A stretch of DNA of 63,324 bases, the filler included, from Limisphaerales bacterium (lineage in GTDB: Bacteria; Verrucomicrobiota; Verrucomicrobiia; Limisphaerales; SIBE01): the NCBI GenBank assembly GCA_044225505.1. It is 7 parts of 7 records of this genome, joined end to end, with 100 filler letters (N's around TTAATTAATTAA, not from the genome) between each part and the next. Parts side by side here need not be neighbours in the genome. Positions count along the whole stretch, not along the records: positions 9,313 to 18,517 come from JBGAIN010000248.1; positions 18,618 to 27,700 come from JBGAIN010000249.1; 5 more parts are not named here. One strand, given 5' to 3'. This document shows, one piece after another, positions 9,313-18,952 of the stretch. The position numbers and the translations under genes are program-made. The stretch's first letter is position 1. Each line of letters opens with the position of its first letter. The notes below the pieces were generated by a model. The model did not search any database. It saw nothing but the letters and a program-made list of their open reading frames with translations, and was not told the DNA's origin.

Positions 9313-10304
9313 GTGCGCCGCTGGCGAAAACGCTCGCGACGCTTCCCTATAAGGTCGCTTACGAATGCTACACGAATAACAACTGGGAGATCTTCGTTTC
9401 CAATGCAGACGGATCCAACCCCGCCAACCTGACGCAAACCGCCCTGGAGCATGAACACTACCCTCAAGTGTCGCCGGACGGCTCGAAGATCTGCTTCTCC
9501 ATCGATACCGGATCGGGCAGAGACACGGTCCGCAGCTTGTGGGTCATGGATTCCGACGGGAAGAACCGCCGCAAGCTCGCGGATAATGCACGGGAACCGT
9601 TCTGGGCGCCGGACGGGAAAGTAATCGGCTTCCTCCCCCAGGAATACACGAAGTTCAATGTGGTGGATTACTCCACCAAAGGAATGAGCTTCTACCACTT
9701 GGAGAACGGAAAAGTCGAGCCCCACCCGAACAGCGCCAATCTGCATCACCTTTACAACCCTTCATTTTCGCGCAACGGCAAGTGGATCGCCGCAACAGTG
9801 CACGCCGGCATGGGTTACGACCACGCGATCCTGCTGATCGAGGCGCACGGCAACAAGATCATCAATCTCAAGATTCCAGGATGCCGCCCCTGCTTGAGCC
9901 CGGATGGCAAACAGATTGCCTGGGGCCCAGGGGACCACACGATCGCGGCCGCACCGATCGATCTGGACGCGGAGAATCCCAGCGTTGGTGCGTGGCGAGT
10001 CCAGTTGAAGGATGAGAAGAACAAGATTTACCATGTCGATTGGTCGCCGGACAGCCGGTTCCTCGCCATCAGCCGCGGGCCGGAAGGCGAAGGAGATTTG
10101 AGCAAGACGGGCACCTTCGCCGCCGCTTGTGAGATCGTCGGGGTCTTTGCGCCAGGATGGAACATCGTGGCGGTGTCTGCCGAGCGGAACGGCGAGTTGG
10201 ATTTAGAACAGGCCAAAGACTCGGACTTTGCCAACCTGACGACGAACGGTTGCAGCAACAAAGAATCGGCTTGGTTCAAACCTTCCGGAAAGGCGCGCCC
10301 GTGA
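9313..10304 (+). CDS. TolB-like/PD40 beta-propeller protein (5'-truncated)
   Basis: Repeated SPDG/APDG/WSPD blades; frame open from the contig start (…NWEIFVSNADGSNPANLT). Confidence 0.85.
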
Positions 10305-11332
10305 TGGTTTTAGCGCAACGCCGCAGAAACGGGTTCCGGACCGCGCGCCCATGGAGGTCGAATCCAGAGCGGTGCCAGGGCGTTTATGGGTGGCTCCTTT
10401 GCGCCGTTGCGGGCGGGCTAATCGCGACGCTGACGGGCTGCAATCGATCGGGTCCAGAAACCCCCAGCGGATCCACCCCAGGGGCTGCCGCCGGTGCCGG
10501 CCCGGCACCTGGCGTTAGTTCGAGCTCCGGTCCGGTCCTGGTGAAGACGAAGTCCGAGGTGGAAATGGTCTACCTGCCAGGAGGAACGTTTACGATGGGC
10601 AGTAATCAAGGGAATCCGGACGAAGCTCCGGCGCATCCGGTGAAGATCACCGCGTTCTTGATGGATCGGCACGAAGTGACCCAGGACATGTTTGCGCGAG
10701 TGCAGTTGCCGAATCCGTCGCATTGGCAGGATAGTCCGAAGAAGCCAGTGGAACGAGTGCGCTGGCGCGACGCCAAACAGTACTGCAACGAGCGGTCGTT
10801 GTTGGAGGGTCTTAATCCGTGTTACAATGAGAAATCGGCAGATTGGGACTGCGATTTCTCGGCTAACGGCTATCGGTTGCCCACAGAAGCCGAATGGGAG
10901 TATGCCTGCCGTGCAGGGTCAACTGAGCCTTACGACTTCGGGTCGCTCGACAAACTACGGCAGTACGGCTGGTTCGCCGACAATTCGGATGAGAAAACCC
11001 ATGGCATCGGCCAAAAGAAAGCGAACCGCTGGGGCCTCTTTGATCTCTATGGGAACGTCTCGGAATGGTGCGAGGACGTTTACAGTCCCGGTTATTACAA
11101 GGAAAGCCCTGAGACCGATCCCACCGGACCGACGTCCCCTGGCAAAGATGTGAAGCGCGTGATTCGGGGCGGATCCTGGAAATCGAGCGCTGACATGTGC
11201 CGTGCGAGCTTCCGCCAAGGGGAAAGGACCGGCGATACAGACGCTTGTTTCCTGACTGACTTTTGCGGATTCCGCTGCGTGCGCCGTGTCACCGTGGACG
11301 AACTGGCCAAAATGCCGCGGGTTTCAGAGTGA
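10304..11332 (+). CDS. FGE-sulfatase (SUMF1/EgtB/PvdO) domain lipoprotein
   Basis: Lipobox LTGC; F.MG, RLPTEAEWEYACR, GNVSEWC, RGGSW and GFRCVR motifs. Start uncertain. Confidence 0.85.
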   Translation: MVLAQRRRNGFRTARPWRSNPERCQGVYGWLLCAVAGGLIATLTGCNRSGPETPSGSTPGAAAGAGPAPGVSSSSGPVLVKTKSEVEMVYLPGGTFTMGSNQGNPDEAPAHPVKITAFLMDRHEVTQDMFARVQLPNPSHWQDSPKKPVERVRWRDAKQYCNERSLLEGLNPCYNEKSADWDCDFSANGYRLPTEAEWEYACRAGSTEPYDFGSLDKLRQYGWFADNSDEKTHGIGQKKANRWGLFDLYGNVSEWCEDVYSPGYYKESPETDPTGPTSPGKDVKRVIRGGSWKSSADMCRASFRQGERTGDTDACFLTDFCGFRCVRRVTVDELAKMPRVSE

Positions 11333-11534
11333 GACTCGGACTGCGCGCCATGTCGATCGCCAGGATTCAGGACGGCCCGGATGCGAGCCACGGATTGACC
11401 GCTACCCTCGGCTCCGCGCGGGACGCACGACGGTCCAGCGCGCGCGGCAAGCACCACGAATGGGCAGCGCATGCACCCTGTGAAAGGCGGGGGCCAGACT
11501 GTCTGCCGCGGCGAAGTGGTGCCTTTTACTAACC

Positions 11535-13136
11535 ATGCTCTTTCACACCTGGCCATTTCTTATCTTCCTCCTGGTGGTCCTGCCGGTGTTTTTCGCACTG
11601 CGAAACACGCGGCTTTGGATTCCCTGGTTGATGATCGCCTCCTACTTCTTTTACGGCTGGTGGAATCCTTACTACTTGCTGTTAGTCGTCTACTCGACGT
11701 TCCTCGACTACTTCGTGGTGGCGCTGATGGATCATTGTCCCAGGGGCGGAGGCAAGGTGGACATCTGGGGGCGCTTGACCCGGTTGCGATTTGACGACCG
11801 CGTTCTAAAGGCGGCGTTTCTTTTCTCAATCGGGGCCACGCTCGCAACGGTGGTGGGCGCAATCCTGGGGCCGCCGACGTTGCGACCGACCCTCGAGTTG
11901 TTGAGCTTGATCCTATTGCTCATGGCGCTGGGAGCGCTCTTTAGCAGCCGGAAGATCTGGCTGGTGATCAGTCTCTTCAATAACCTGGCGCTGCTACTCT
12001 TTTTTAAGTACGCCCGGTTTGTCATCGAGAATCTCAATGCGCTCTTTAGTTCCTGGCATTGGGGGCTCCATCTGCCCGATCCGTCCACCCTCATGCCCTT
12101 CGGCTTTTCTTACGTGCTGCCCGTCGGTATCTCGTTCTTCACCTTTCAATCGATGAGCTACAGCATCGATTTTTATTTTGGCAACGTGCATCGAGAACGG
12201 GACTTCTTAAGATTTGCGACCTTCGTCTGTTTCTTCCCGCAGCTCATGGCTGGGCCCATTGAGCGCGCCAAACATTTGCTCCCGCAGTTCTTCAAGTTTC
12301 CTCCGATCCGATTGCAGAATTTCACGGACGGGCTTTCGCTCTTCCTCGTAGGGTTGTTCAAGAAGCTGGCCCTGGCGAATTACCTATCGTTTTACGTGGA
12401 GCGGATTTACGAGAACCCGCGCACCCAGTCAGCGCCCGCGTTGATCATGGCGACGTTTGCCTTTGCCTGGCAGATCTTCTTTGATTTCAGCGGCTACACC
12501 GACATGGCACGAGGCGTGGCGCGGTTGATGGGGTTTAACCTGATCCTGAATTTCAACAATCCGTATCTGGCGACAGGTTTGGGCGATTTCTGGTCGCGCT
12601 GGCACATTAGCTTATCGTCCTGGTTCCGGGATTACGTCTATATTCCGCTCGGAGGCAATCGAAAGGGAAAGCTAGCGATGTATCGGAACCTCTTTATCAC
12701 GTTTCTGGTCTCCGGGATTTGGCATGGTGCCGCCTGGACATTTGCGATTTGGGGAATATTGCACGCTTTGGGAGTGATCATTACGCGAGAGCTGGAAGGC
12801 TCGGCTTTTTACCGTGAACACGTGCCCAAGCTGGTCAAACAATTGGGGGTATTCGTCTTCGTGTGTTTCGCCTGGATCTTTTTCCGAGCGGAAACCCTCA
12901 CCGACGCCGGGTTGATCATCAACAAGATCTTCACTGGGATCTGGCGCGATCCAACCATCCCAGCGTTGATGATCCTGCTCGTGGCGACCGTCTGGCTGTA
13001 TCAACTGACCTACGAATCCCGGTTCCGGATTTGGCTGCAATCCAGTCCCGTCCGGGTCGGGCTGGCCGTGTGCATGGTCGTTTATATGTGCCTGTTCTCA
13101 TCGGGCGGTGGGGCCTTCATCTATTTCCAATTCTGA
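11535..13136 (+). CDS. MBOAT O-acyltransferase (AlgI/DltB-like)
   Basis: LPVGISFFTFQ, DFSGYTDMA, FWSRWHISLS, SGIWHGA (catalytic His) and C-terminal FIYFQF. Confidence 0.95.
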   Translation: MLFHTWPFLIFLLVVLPVFFALRNTRLWIPWLMIASYFFYGWWNPYYLLLVVYSTFLDYFVVALMDHCPRGGGKVDIWGRLTRLRFDDRVLKAAFLFSIGATLATVVGAILGPPTLRPTLELLSLILLLMALGALFSSRKIWLVISLFNNLALLLFFKYARFVIENLNALFSSWHWGLHLPDPSTLMPFGFSYVLPVGISFFTFQSMSYSIDFYFGNVHRERDFLRFATFVCFFPQLMAGPIERAKHLLPQFFKFPPIRLQNFTDGLSLFLVGLFKKLALANYLSFYVERIYENPRTQSAPALIMATFAFAWQIFFDFSGYTDMARGVARLMGFNLILNFNNPYLATGLGDFWSRWHISLSSWFRDYVYIPLGGNRKGKLAMYRNLFITFLVSGIWHGAAWTFAIWGILHALGVIITRELEGSAFYREHVPKLVKQLGVFVFVCFAWIFFRAETLTDAGLIINKIFTGIWRDPTIPALMILLVATVWLYQLTYESRFRIWLQSSPVRVGLAVCMVVYMCLFSSGGGAFIYFQF

Positions 13137-13142
13137 TCGGAT

Positions 13143-14348
13143 ATGGCCGAATCGACTTCACCTCCGCTCGCCCCGACCAAATCGGCTCCCCCGGCTGCCC
13201 CAGGACATCACGTGCCGTTTGGGGTGAACGAAATGCGCCTCAATGCGCGGCATTGGTCAGCCGTGGTAGTGCTATTGACGCTGATTGTCCTGCTGGTGCC
13301 ACGGGGTTGGAAGCGCGTCGAGCGCTTCACAGTCGGGACGGACTATCGGATTCCCTACACGCTCAGCAAAGACTATTGGCTGTACCAACGCCGCCTGGAA
13401 CAAACCCAAAAAGCGGGCCACGTCTTCGTGCTGGGCGATTCCGTCGTTTGGGGTGAATACGTCCGCCCGGACGGCACGCTCTCGCATTTTCTTAACTCGG
13501 AAGCCCAGCAGGACGGGCAGTTCGTCAACATTGGCGTCAACGGGCTCTTTCCCCTCGCGCTGGAAGGACTGACGCGCTATTACGGAACGTCGCTTCATGA
13601 CACCAAAGTGCTGGTGCAGTGCAATGTTCTCTGGATGAGCAGTCCGAAGGCGGACTTGCAGACCCAGAAAGAAGAAAAGTTTAATCACTCGCGCTTGGTT
13701 CCGCAGTTCGCTCCGAAGATTCCGTGTTACAGGGCGGACGTGAACGAACGACTGGGCGCTATGGTCGAGCGCAACGTCCAGTTCATCGCTTGGGTCGGAC
13801 ATTTGCAGAGCTGTTATTTCGAGGAGAAAAGCATCCTCAATTGGACTCTGGAAGAAGACAGCAGCAGCCCACCGACTCGACCAAATGCTTACAAAAACCC
13901 GCTTGCACAGATTACGGGAACGGTGCCGTCGGCGCCGGAGAACGATCCTCAACGCGGCCCGCAAAGCCCACGACATAAAGCTTGGAATGCGAACGGTAAC
14001 CGGCCCGCGAAATTCGAGTGGGTCACTCCGGAAAGTTCGTTTCAATGGGCCGCATTCCAACGCCTCGTCCGGCTCTTGCGCGAGCGCCACAACGACGTCC
14101 TGGTCGTCGTCGGACCATTCAACGAGCATATCATCGCGGACGAGAGCAAACCTGGGTATACCCGTCTCCGCGACGAGATCCTCCGTTGGCTGCAGGCAAA
14201 CGGGATCTCCCATGTCGCGCCGGGCCTTTTACCGAGCGAACTTTACGCGGATGCGAGCCACCCGCTGACAGAGGGGTATGCGTTACTTGGGAAACAACTT
14301 TACATGGACGCGACCTTTCAACACTGGCTCACCCCCCCGGCGAAGTAA
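13143..14348 (+). CDS. SGNH-fold acyltransferase partner (AlgJ/DltD-like)
   Basis: N-terminal TM helix, LGDSV block I and DASH (DxxH); follows the MBOAT gene by 6 nt. Confidence 0.75.
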   Translation: MAESTSPPLAPTKSAPPAAPGHHVPFGVNEMRLNARHWSAVVVLLTLIVLLVPRGWKRVERFTVGTDYRIPYTLSKDYWLYQRRLEQTQKAGHVFVLGDSVVWGEYVRPDGTLSHFLNSEAQQDGQFVNIGVNGLFPLALEGLTRYYGTSLHDTKVLVQCNVLWMSSPKADLQTQKEEKFNHSRLVPQFAPKIPCYRADVNERLGAMVERNVQFIAWVGHLQSCYFEEKSILNWTLEEDSSSPPTRPNAYKNPLAQITGTVPSAPENDPQRGPQSPRHKAWNANGNRPAKFEWVTPESSFQWAAFQRLVRLLRERHNDVLVVVGPFNEHIIADESKPGYTRLRDEILRWLQANGISHVAPGLLPSELYADASHPLTEGYALLGKQLYMDATFQHWLTPPAK

Positions 14349-14363
14349 TCGCCTCGGAGCAGG

Positions 14364-15350
14364 TTAATCTCCCAGGACCATCGTCCACATGCCCTGCGGC
14401 GCGTTGGTGGTGCCTTTGCCAACCGTTTCGCTCGTTTTGAGAATGGCAACGTGTCCGTCGTGGAATGAATAATTGAAACGTTTGCCATGCAGCCCGTAAG
14501 CCGCAGCACCGTAACTGATCTTGTTGAAGGAGCTCGCGGCGCTGATCTGGACGCAGTCGGCGCTCAGTCCGCTTGGGATCCCTGAACCTGGGCCAGCACA
14601 GAACGACGGCCAATCGTTCCCTGCGGCGTTGCGTCCATTGGGCAGTTCAGCGAGGAAGATGGTTCCGGACGGATCATCGACCGCGGTTTCTTTGTAGCCA
14701 GGGGGTTCCCACTCCGGGAGAGCTCCAGGAGTTGACCCGCGCAGGTTATAATAAAGTCCAATCCCATACTTCGGTGGTGGCAAGGGCGCGGTCTTGGAGG
14801 TTAGTATGAATCCCGGCCCTGCCCAATTCACGGCGTAAGTCCGGCGAGTGCTGTAAGGGGCGTAGCTAATGCCCGCTTCGATCCGGTCCGCTGGACACTT
14901 CAATATTTTGGGGATCGAGCTGGGATTTGACACCGCCCCGGAAATGCCAAGGATCAAATCTGCTTCCGGATCGCTGCCTCCGATATAACGGTGGATATAG
15001 TCATCCCAGGAGAGCTGGTATTGAAAATCCCCGGTCGACCAGGCCGCGGGTGGGTACTGATCGCTATGGTCGCCGGCAAACAGAGTAAAGCCCAAGTTTA
15101 ACTGTTTCATTCCCGCGGTGCATTTGATGCGTTGCGCACGGCTTTTGGCGCTCGCGAGCGCGGGCAATAGTAAGCTGGCCAGGATCGCAATGATGGCGAT
15201 CACAACCAGGAGTTCTATCAGGGTGAAGCCTTTAGCAGTGGTTCTCACTTCGATCCTTTTGGTCGACGCGGTGGAACCCGGCCTCGCGGGGCGGCATCCA
15301 CAAGCGATGAAAAGTCCTAACCCACAGGAAATCACCAAACGAGGGAGCAT
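14364..15350 (-). CDS. Prepilin-type N-methylation domain protein with H-X9-DG motif
   Basis: [25 protein letters not shown] and [14 protein letters not shown]. Start uncertain. Confidence 0.92.
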   Translation of the reverse strand: MLPRLVISCGLGLFIACGCRPARPGSTASTKRIEVRTTAKGFTLIELLVVIAIIAILASLLLPALASAKSRAQRIKCTAGMKQLNLGFTLFAGDHSDQYPPAAWSTGDFQYQLSWDDYIHRYIGGSDPEADLILGISGAVSNPSSIPKILKCPADRIEAGISYAPYSTRRTYAVNWAGPGFILTSKTAPLPPPKYGIGLYYNLRGSTPGALPEWEPPGYKETAVDDPSGTIFLAELPNGRNAAGNDWPSFCAGPGSGIPSGLSADCVQISAASSFNKISYGAAAYGLHGKRFNYSFHDGHVAILKTSETVGKGTTNAPQGMWTMVLGD

Positions 15351-15548
15351 GTCCGATCCATGCCTTATCCGAGTGATTCTGGCAAGCGCAACCGGGAATG
15401 GAGACGGAGAGCTTGGAGGTGAAAGCACAGAATGACAACCCCTTAACCGCCGCGTTGTCGAGGCGGGCTCATCCGCCTCCGGGCGTTGTTGGCGACATGC
15501 GCTAGACGGACTTGATTGCCAGACCGATTCGGGCAACAGTGACAGCAC

Positions 15549-15704
15549 ATGAAATTTGCGATGTCCATTGTCGTGTTCCTGCTCCTGGGAGTGCTCCTCA
15601 GTTGGGGGACGCTTCTGATGCTGAAAGGCAATTACTGGGTTCTGGTGGGAAGCGTGGTCGCGTACCTTCTGGCCTTTGCTCGAATCGGTTGCACTGAGCA
15701 CTGA
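15549..15704 (+). CDS. 51-aa two-TM small membrane protein (not in ORF track)
   Basis: Manual translation [51 protein letters not shown]. Confidence 0.7.
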   Translation: MKFAMSIVVFLLLGVLLSWGTLLMLKGNYWVLVGSVVAYLLAFARIGCTEH

Positions 15705-15809
15705 GGCTGGGTTTGGCACGTTCGCTCTCCGTCGCTGAGTTCCTCCGGCTCAGACACCGCAGCCCACCCACGCCGGAGCGAGAATCCGGCGCCTTCCTGA
15801 CCAAACGCC

Positions 15810-16967
15810 ATGCGGACGCTCCTGAATCACGCGTTGGAGCTCATTCACCGCGGTATCCAGGAAAAGACACACTTAGGTTGCCAGTTGTACGTCTCCCGCG
15901 CCGGCCGGGAGATCGCCAATATGGGGATCGGGGAAGCACAGCCGGGCGTCCCCATGCAGCCGGATTCTCTGTTACTTTGTCTATCCGCAGCTAAGCCGTT
16001 CACCGCCGTAGCGATCGCTCAACTCTGGGAAAAAGGTCGGTTTTCATTAGAGGACCCGGTGGCTTGGATCGTTCCTGAATTTGGCGCATCCGGTAAGGAC
16101 GCGATTACCATCCACCATTTGCTGACTCACATGGGTGGCATTCGCAATGCCGAGAAGTGCGATGCCGGCTTCGATTGGCGCGAAATTATCGACTGTATCT
16201 GTGGGACAGCCCGAGAAGACAACTTCACCCCGGGCGAACGTGCGGCCTATCACCCTTCCTCGAGTTGGTACATTCTCGGTGAGATTATCCAACGTGTGGA
16301 TGGCCGGTCCGTTGCAGATTATCTGCAAGAAGAAGTGTTTGCGCGATGTGGCATGCGCGACAGTTGGATTGCCCTTCCGAGCGAAGCTTTTCAACGCTAC
16401 GGAACCCGGCTTGCTTGGATGTTTTACACCGACCGTCAACCGTCACAACCCGCACGGAAATGGAACACTGAAAAGGACGCTGCGGTCCCTCGTCCCGGAC
16501 GAAGCGGGCGCGCGACGATGAGCGATCTGGGTCGGTTTTATGAGACTTTACTCGCGCTTCGGCGAGGCGCCGCCGCCTCGGAAGGGGCTTCGTTGCTACG
16601 CCGCGCGACGGTGCGCGCCATGACCGAGCGACAGCGTTCTGGTAAGTTCGACGACACCTTTCAACAGGTCATCGACTGGGGCCTTGGCTTCGCCATCGAT
16701 TCGAAGCGTTACGGCCGAGAGATGGTGTCTTACGGGTTTGGCAGGTTCGCTTCGGACGAGACGTTTGGACATGGAGGGGCGCAATCGTCGTGCGCCTTTG
16801 CAGATCCCGCCTACGATCTCGTCGTCGCGTGGGCATTTAATGGCCTTCCTGGCGAGCGCCCCCATCAACGACGCGGTCACGAACTGAATTCGGCGATTTA
16901 CACGGATCTGGGACTCGAGAAGGGAAACCCCGTTCGATCTCCGGATGCAACTCCGTCCGCCGTGTGA
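15810..16967 (+). CDS. Beta-lactamase-family serine hydrolase
   Basis: SAAK (SxxK), HHLLTHMGG, AYH and FGHGG motifs. Confidence 0.9.
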   Translation: MRTLLNHALELIHRGIQEKTHLGCQLYVSRAGREIANMGIGEAQPGVPMQPDSLLLCLSAAKPFTAVAIAQLWEKGRFSLEDPVAWIVPEFGASGKDAITIHHLLTHMGGIRNAEKCDAGFDWREIIDCICGTAREDNFTPGERAAYHPSSSWYILGEIIQRVDGRSVADYLQEEVFARCGMRDSWIALPSEAFQRYGTRLAWMFYTDRQPSQPARKWNTEKDAAVPRPGRSGRATMSDLGRFYETLLALRRGAAASEGASLLRRATVRAMTERQRSGKFDDTFQQVIDWGLGFAIDSKRYGREMVSYGFGRFASDETFGHGGAQSSCAFADPAYDLVVAWAFNGLPGERPHQRRGHELNSAIYTDLGLEKGNPVRSPDATPSAV

Positions 16968-18118
16968 TGAACCCCCTGCATAGATTCCGGATCGATCGCA
17001 AGGAGTGGTTCGCCGCCATCAATCTCCTGAGCGTAGATCTCCCGCTATTGATGGGTTTGATTCTGGCCTCGGGGCTGGACTCTGCCAGCGTCTTGATCCT
17101 GTTTGGCGTGGCGCAGTTCGCAGCCGCGCTCCTGTCTGGGCCTCCCATGCCCGTGCAACCCCTTAAGGCCGTGGCGATCCTGGCCATCACGCAACGCTCT
17201 AGCGGCGAGCTGATCTACGGCGCCGGAATCGCCATCGGACTTGCGATGCTGATCCTGGTGAAAACCGGCCTGCTCGATCGCATCGCCCGAGTTGTTCCGA
17301 AGACCGTCGTCCGCGGAATTCAATTCGGCTTGGGACTGCAGCTCGCCACGCTCGGTCTCAAAGAATATCTCCCGGCCGAATCGGCCCTCGGTTATTGGAT
17401 CGCTGGGGTGGCCTTGGCCTTAACATTGATGTTCTCGGGCGGCAGGAAATTGCCTGCCGCCGTCATGCTGGCTGCAATCGGAGCGGTCTACGCCTTTTGT
17501 TTTAAGCTAGATCGCGGAGCGTTCTGGCGTGGCTTTGCCATCCACTGGCCCGCGCCCCATTGGCCGCGGCTCGGCGATATCTGGCAAGGCTTCCTCCTCC
17601 TGGGACTGGCGCAACTTCCACTTTCCATCGCAAATTCGATTCTCGCGACAGCGCAAACCGCGGGTGAGTTGTTCCCAGAACGCGCGCTTCCAGTGCGTAA
17701 GATCGCGTTCCGATATTCGGTGTTCAACGTGCTGGCGCCGTTGTTCGGCGGCATCCCCGTCGCGCAAGGGGCGTCGGGCGTCGTTGGGCTCCATGAACTC
17801 GGCGCTCGCACGGGTGGAGCGCCTTTGATTTACGGGCTGGGCTTCGTCGGTGTGGGCCTTTGCTTCAGTCAAGGATTCGCGCGATTCGTCCAGGCGTTTC
17901 CCTTCCCCATCTTGGGTGTCATCCTGCTTCTCGAAGCCCGGTCTGTGCTCGCGTTAGTCCGTGATATGACCGCCACGAGCCGCGACTTTGGAACGGTGCT
18001 GCTCGTCGGGTTAGTCGCGAACGGATTGCCCTACGGTTACCTCGTGGCGCTGGTCGGCGGCACGGTCGCTGAGCTGGTCGTCCGACATAGCGGCGCGCCC
18101 GAAAGTCCGACGACGTAG
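16964..18118 (+). CDS. MOT1-type molybdate/sulfate transporter
   Basis: PMPVQPLKAVA, VVRGIQFGLG, AQLPLSIANS and GARTGG; multiple TM helices. Confidence 0.85.
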   Translation: MMNPLHRFRIDRKEWFAAINLLSVDLPLLMGLILASGLDSASVLILFGVAQFAAALLSGPPMPVQPLKAVAILAITQRSSGELIYGAGIAIGLAMLILVKTGLLDRIARVVPKTVVRGIQFGLGLQLATLGLKEYLPAESALGYWIAGVALALTLMFSGGRKLPAAVMLAAIGAVYAFCFKLDRGAFWRGFAIHWPAPHWPRLGDIWQGFLLLGLAQLPLSIANSILATAQTAGELFPERALPVRKIAFRYSVFNVLAPLFGGIPVAQGASGVVGLHELGARTGGAPLIYGLGFVGVGLCFSQGFARFVQAFPFPILGVILLLEARSVLALVRDMTATSRDFGTVLLVGLVANGLPYGYLVALVGGTVAELVVRHSGAPESPTT

Positions 18119-18140
18119 CGCGCCTCGCGGGGATACCGAA

Positions 18141-18517
18141 CTACGCCGTGGCCGCGCACTTCGACGCTTCCAGATCGTCTTTGCGTTGCTGCAGGCTCTT
18201 GAAAAACTCGAAGCCTTCGCGGCAGCGCCGGACGAAGACGTCCTTGTCCTCGAGCATCGTCTTGATGATTCGCAAGATCGGTTTCGTGCGCAAATAGTAG
18301 GAGCGATAGAAACGATCCACCGCTTCGAAAATCTCGTCCTTGCTCAGTCCCGGATATTCCAGAGCGCTCTGCTGGAATCCGTCATTTTCCACCAGGTCGG
18401 TTTTGTCTTTCTTCACGAACCAGCCGTTCTGCCGCGCCATTTCGTAAAGCTCCGTTCCTGGGTAAGGAGCGGCCAGGCTGACTTGAAGGCTGAACACGTC
18501 GAGTTCCTGAGCAAATC
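18141..18517 (-). CDS. hpnJ: Hopanoid-associated radical SAM protein, C-terminal fragment
   Basis: QVSLAAPYPGTELY...VDRFYRSYYLR...RRCREG; frame runs off the contig. Confidence 0.75.
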
Positions 18518-18617
18518 NNNNNNNNNNNNNNNNNNNNNNNNNNNNNNNNNNNNNNNNNNNNTTAATTAATTAANNNNNNNNNNNNNNNNNNNNNNNNNNN
18601 NNNNNNNNNNNNNNNNN

Positions 18618-18949
18618 GTGAAGAGATCCTGGATTTCCTGGTGCGTCGAGGCCGCGGGCCGCACCGTTTACCGGACGTTCCTTACCTTCTGCTGTTGGAC
18701 ATTCGGATGCCTCGAGTCGATGGCGGCGAGGTGCTGCGGCAAGTCAAGGAGGATGCCGAGTTACGGAAGATGCCTGTCATTATGCTGACCACGACCGATG
18801 ATCCTCGTGAGGTTGAACGTTGTCATGCCCTAGGTTGCAGCACCTACATTGTGAAGCCCGTCATTTACGAGAAGTTCGCCGAAGCTATTAATCGAATGGG
18901 CTTGTTTATTAGCCTGGTCCAGGTCCCGCAGCTTGGCACCAAGGAGTAA
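18618..18949 (+). CDS. Single-domain response regulator (5'-truncated)
   Basis: LLLLDIRMPRVDG, MLTT and YIVKP. Confidence 0.9.
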
Positions 18950-18952
18950 ATC

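Noticed and set aside
11150..11332. FGE/C-type-lectin-fold C-terminus as a DGR variable region
   Set aside because: No template repeat and no reverse transcriptase seen in the window.
11350..11532. Short ORF between the FGE and MBOAT genes as a DltX-like or precursor peptide
   Set aside because: No hydrophobic helix or motif; composition typical of GC-rich spurious ORFs.
15351..15719. Long N-terminal extension of the prepilin-like ORF
   Set aside because: Overlaps a better opposite-strand small gene; the true start is probably nearer the GFTLIELL motif.
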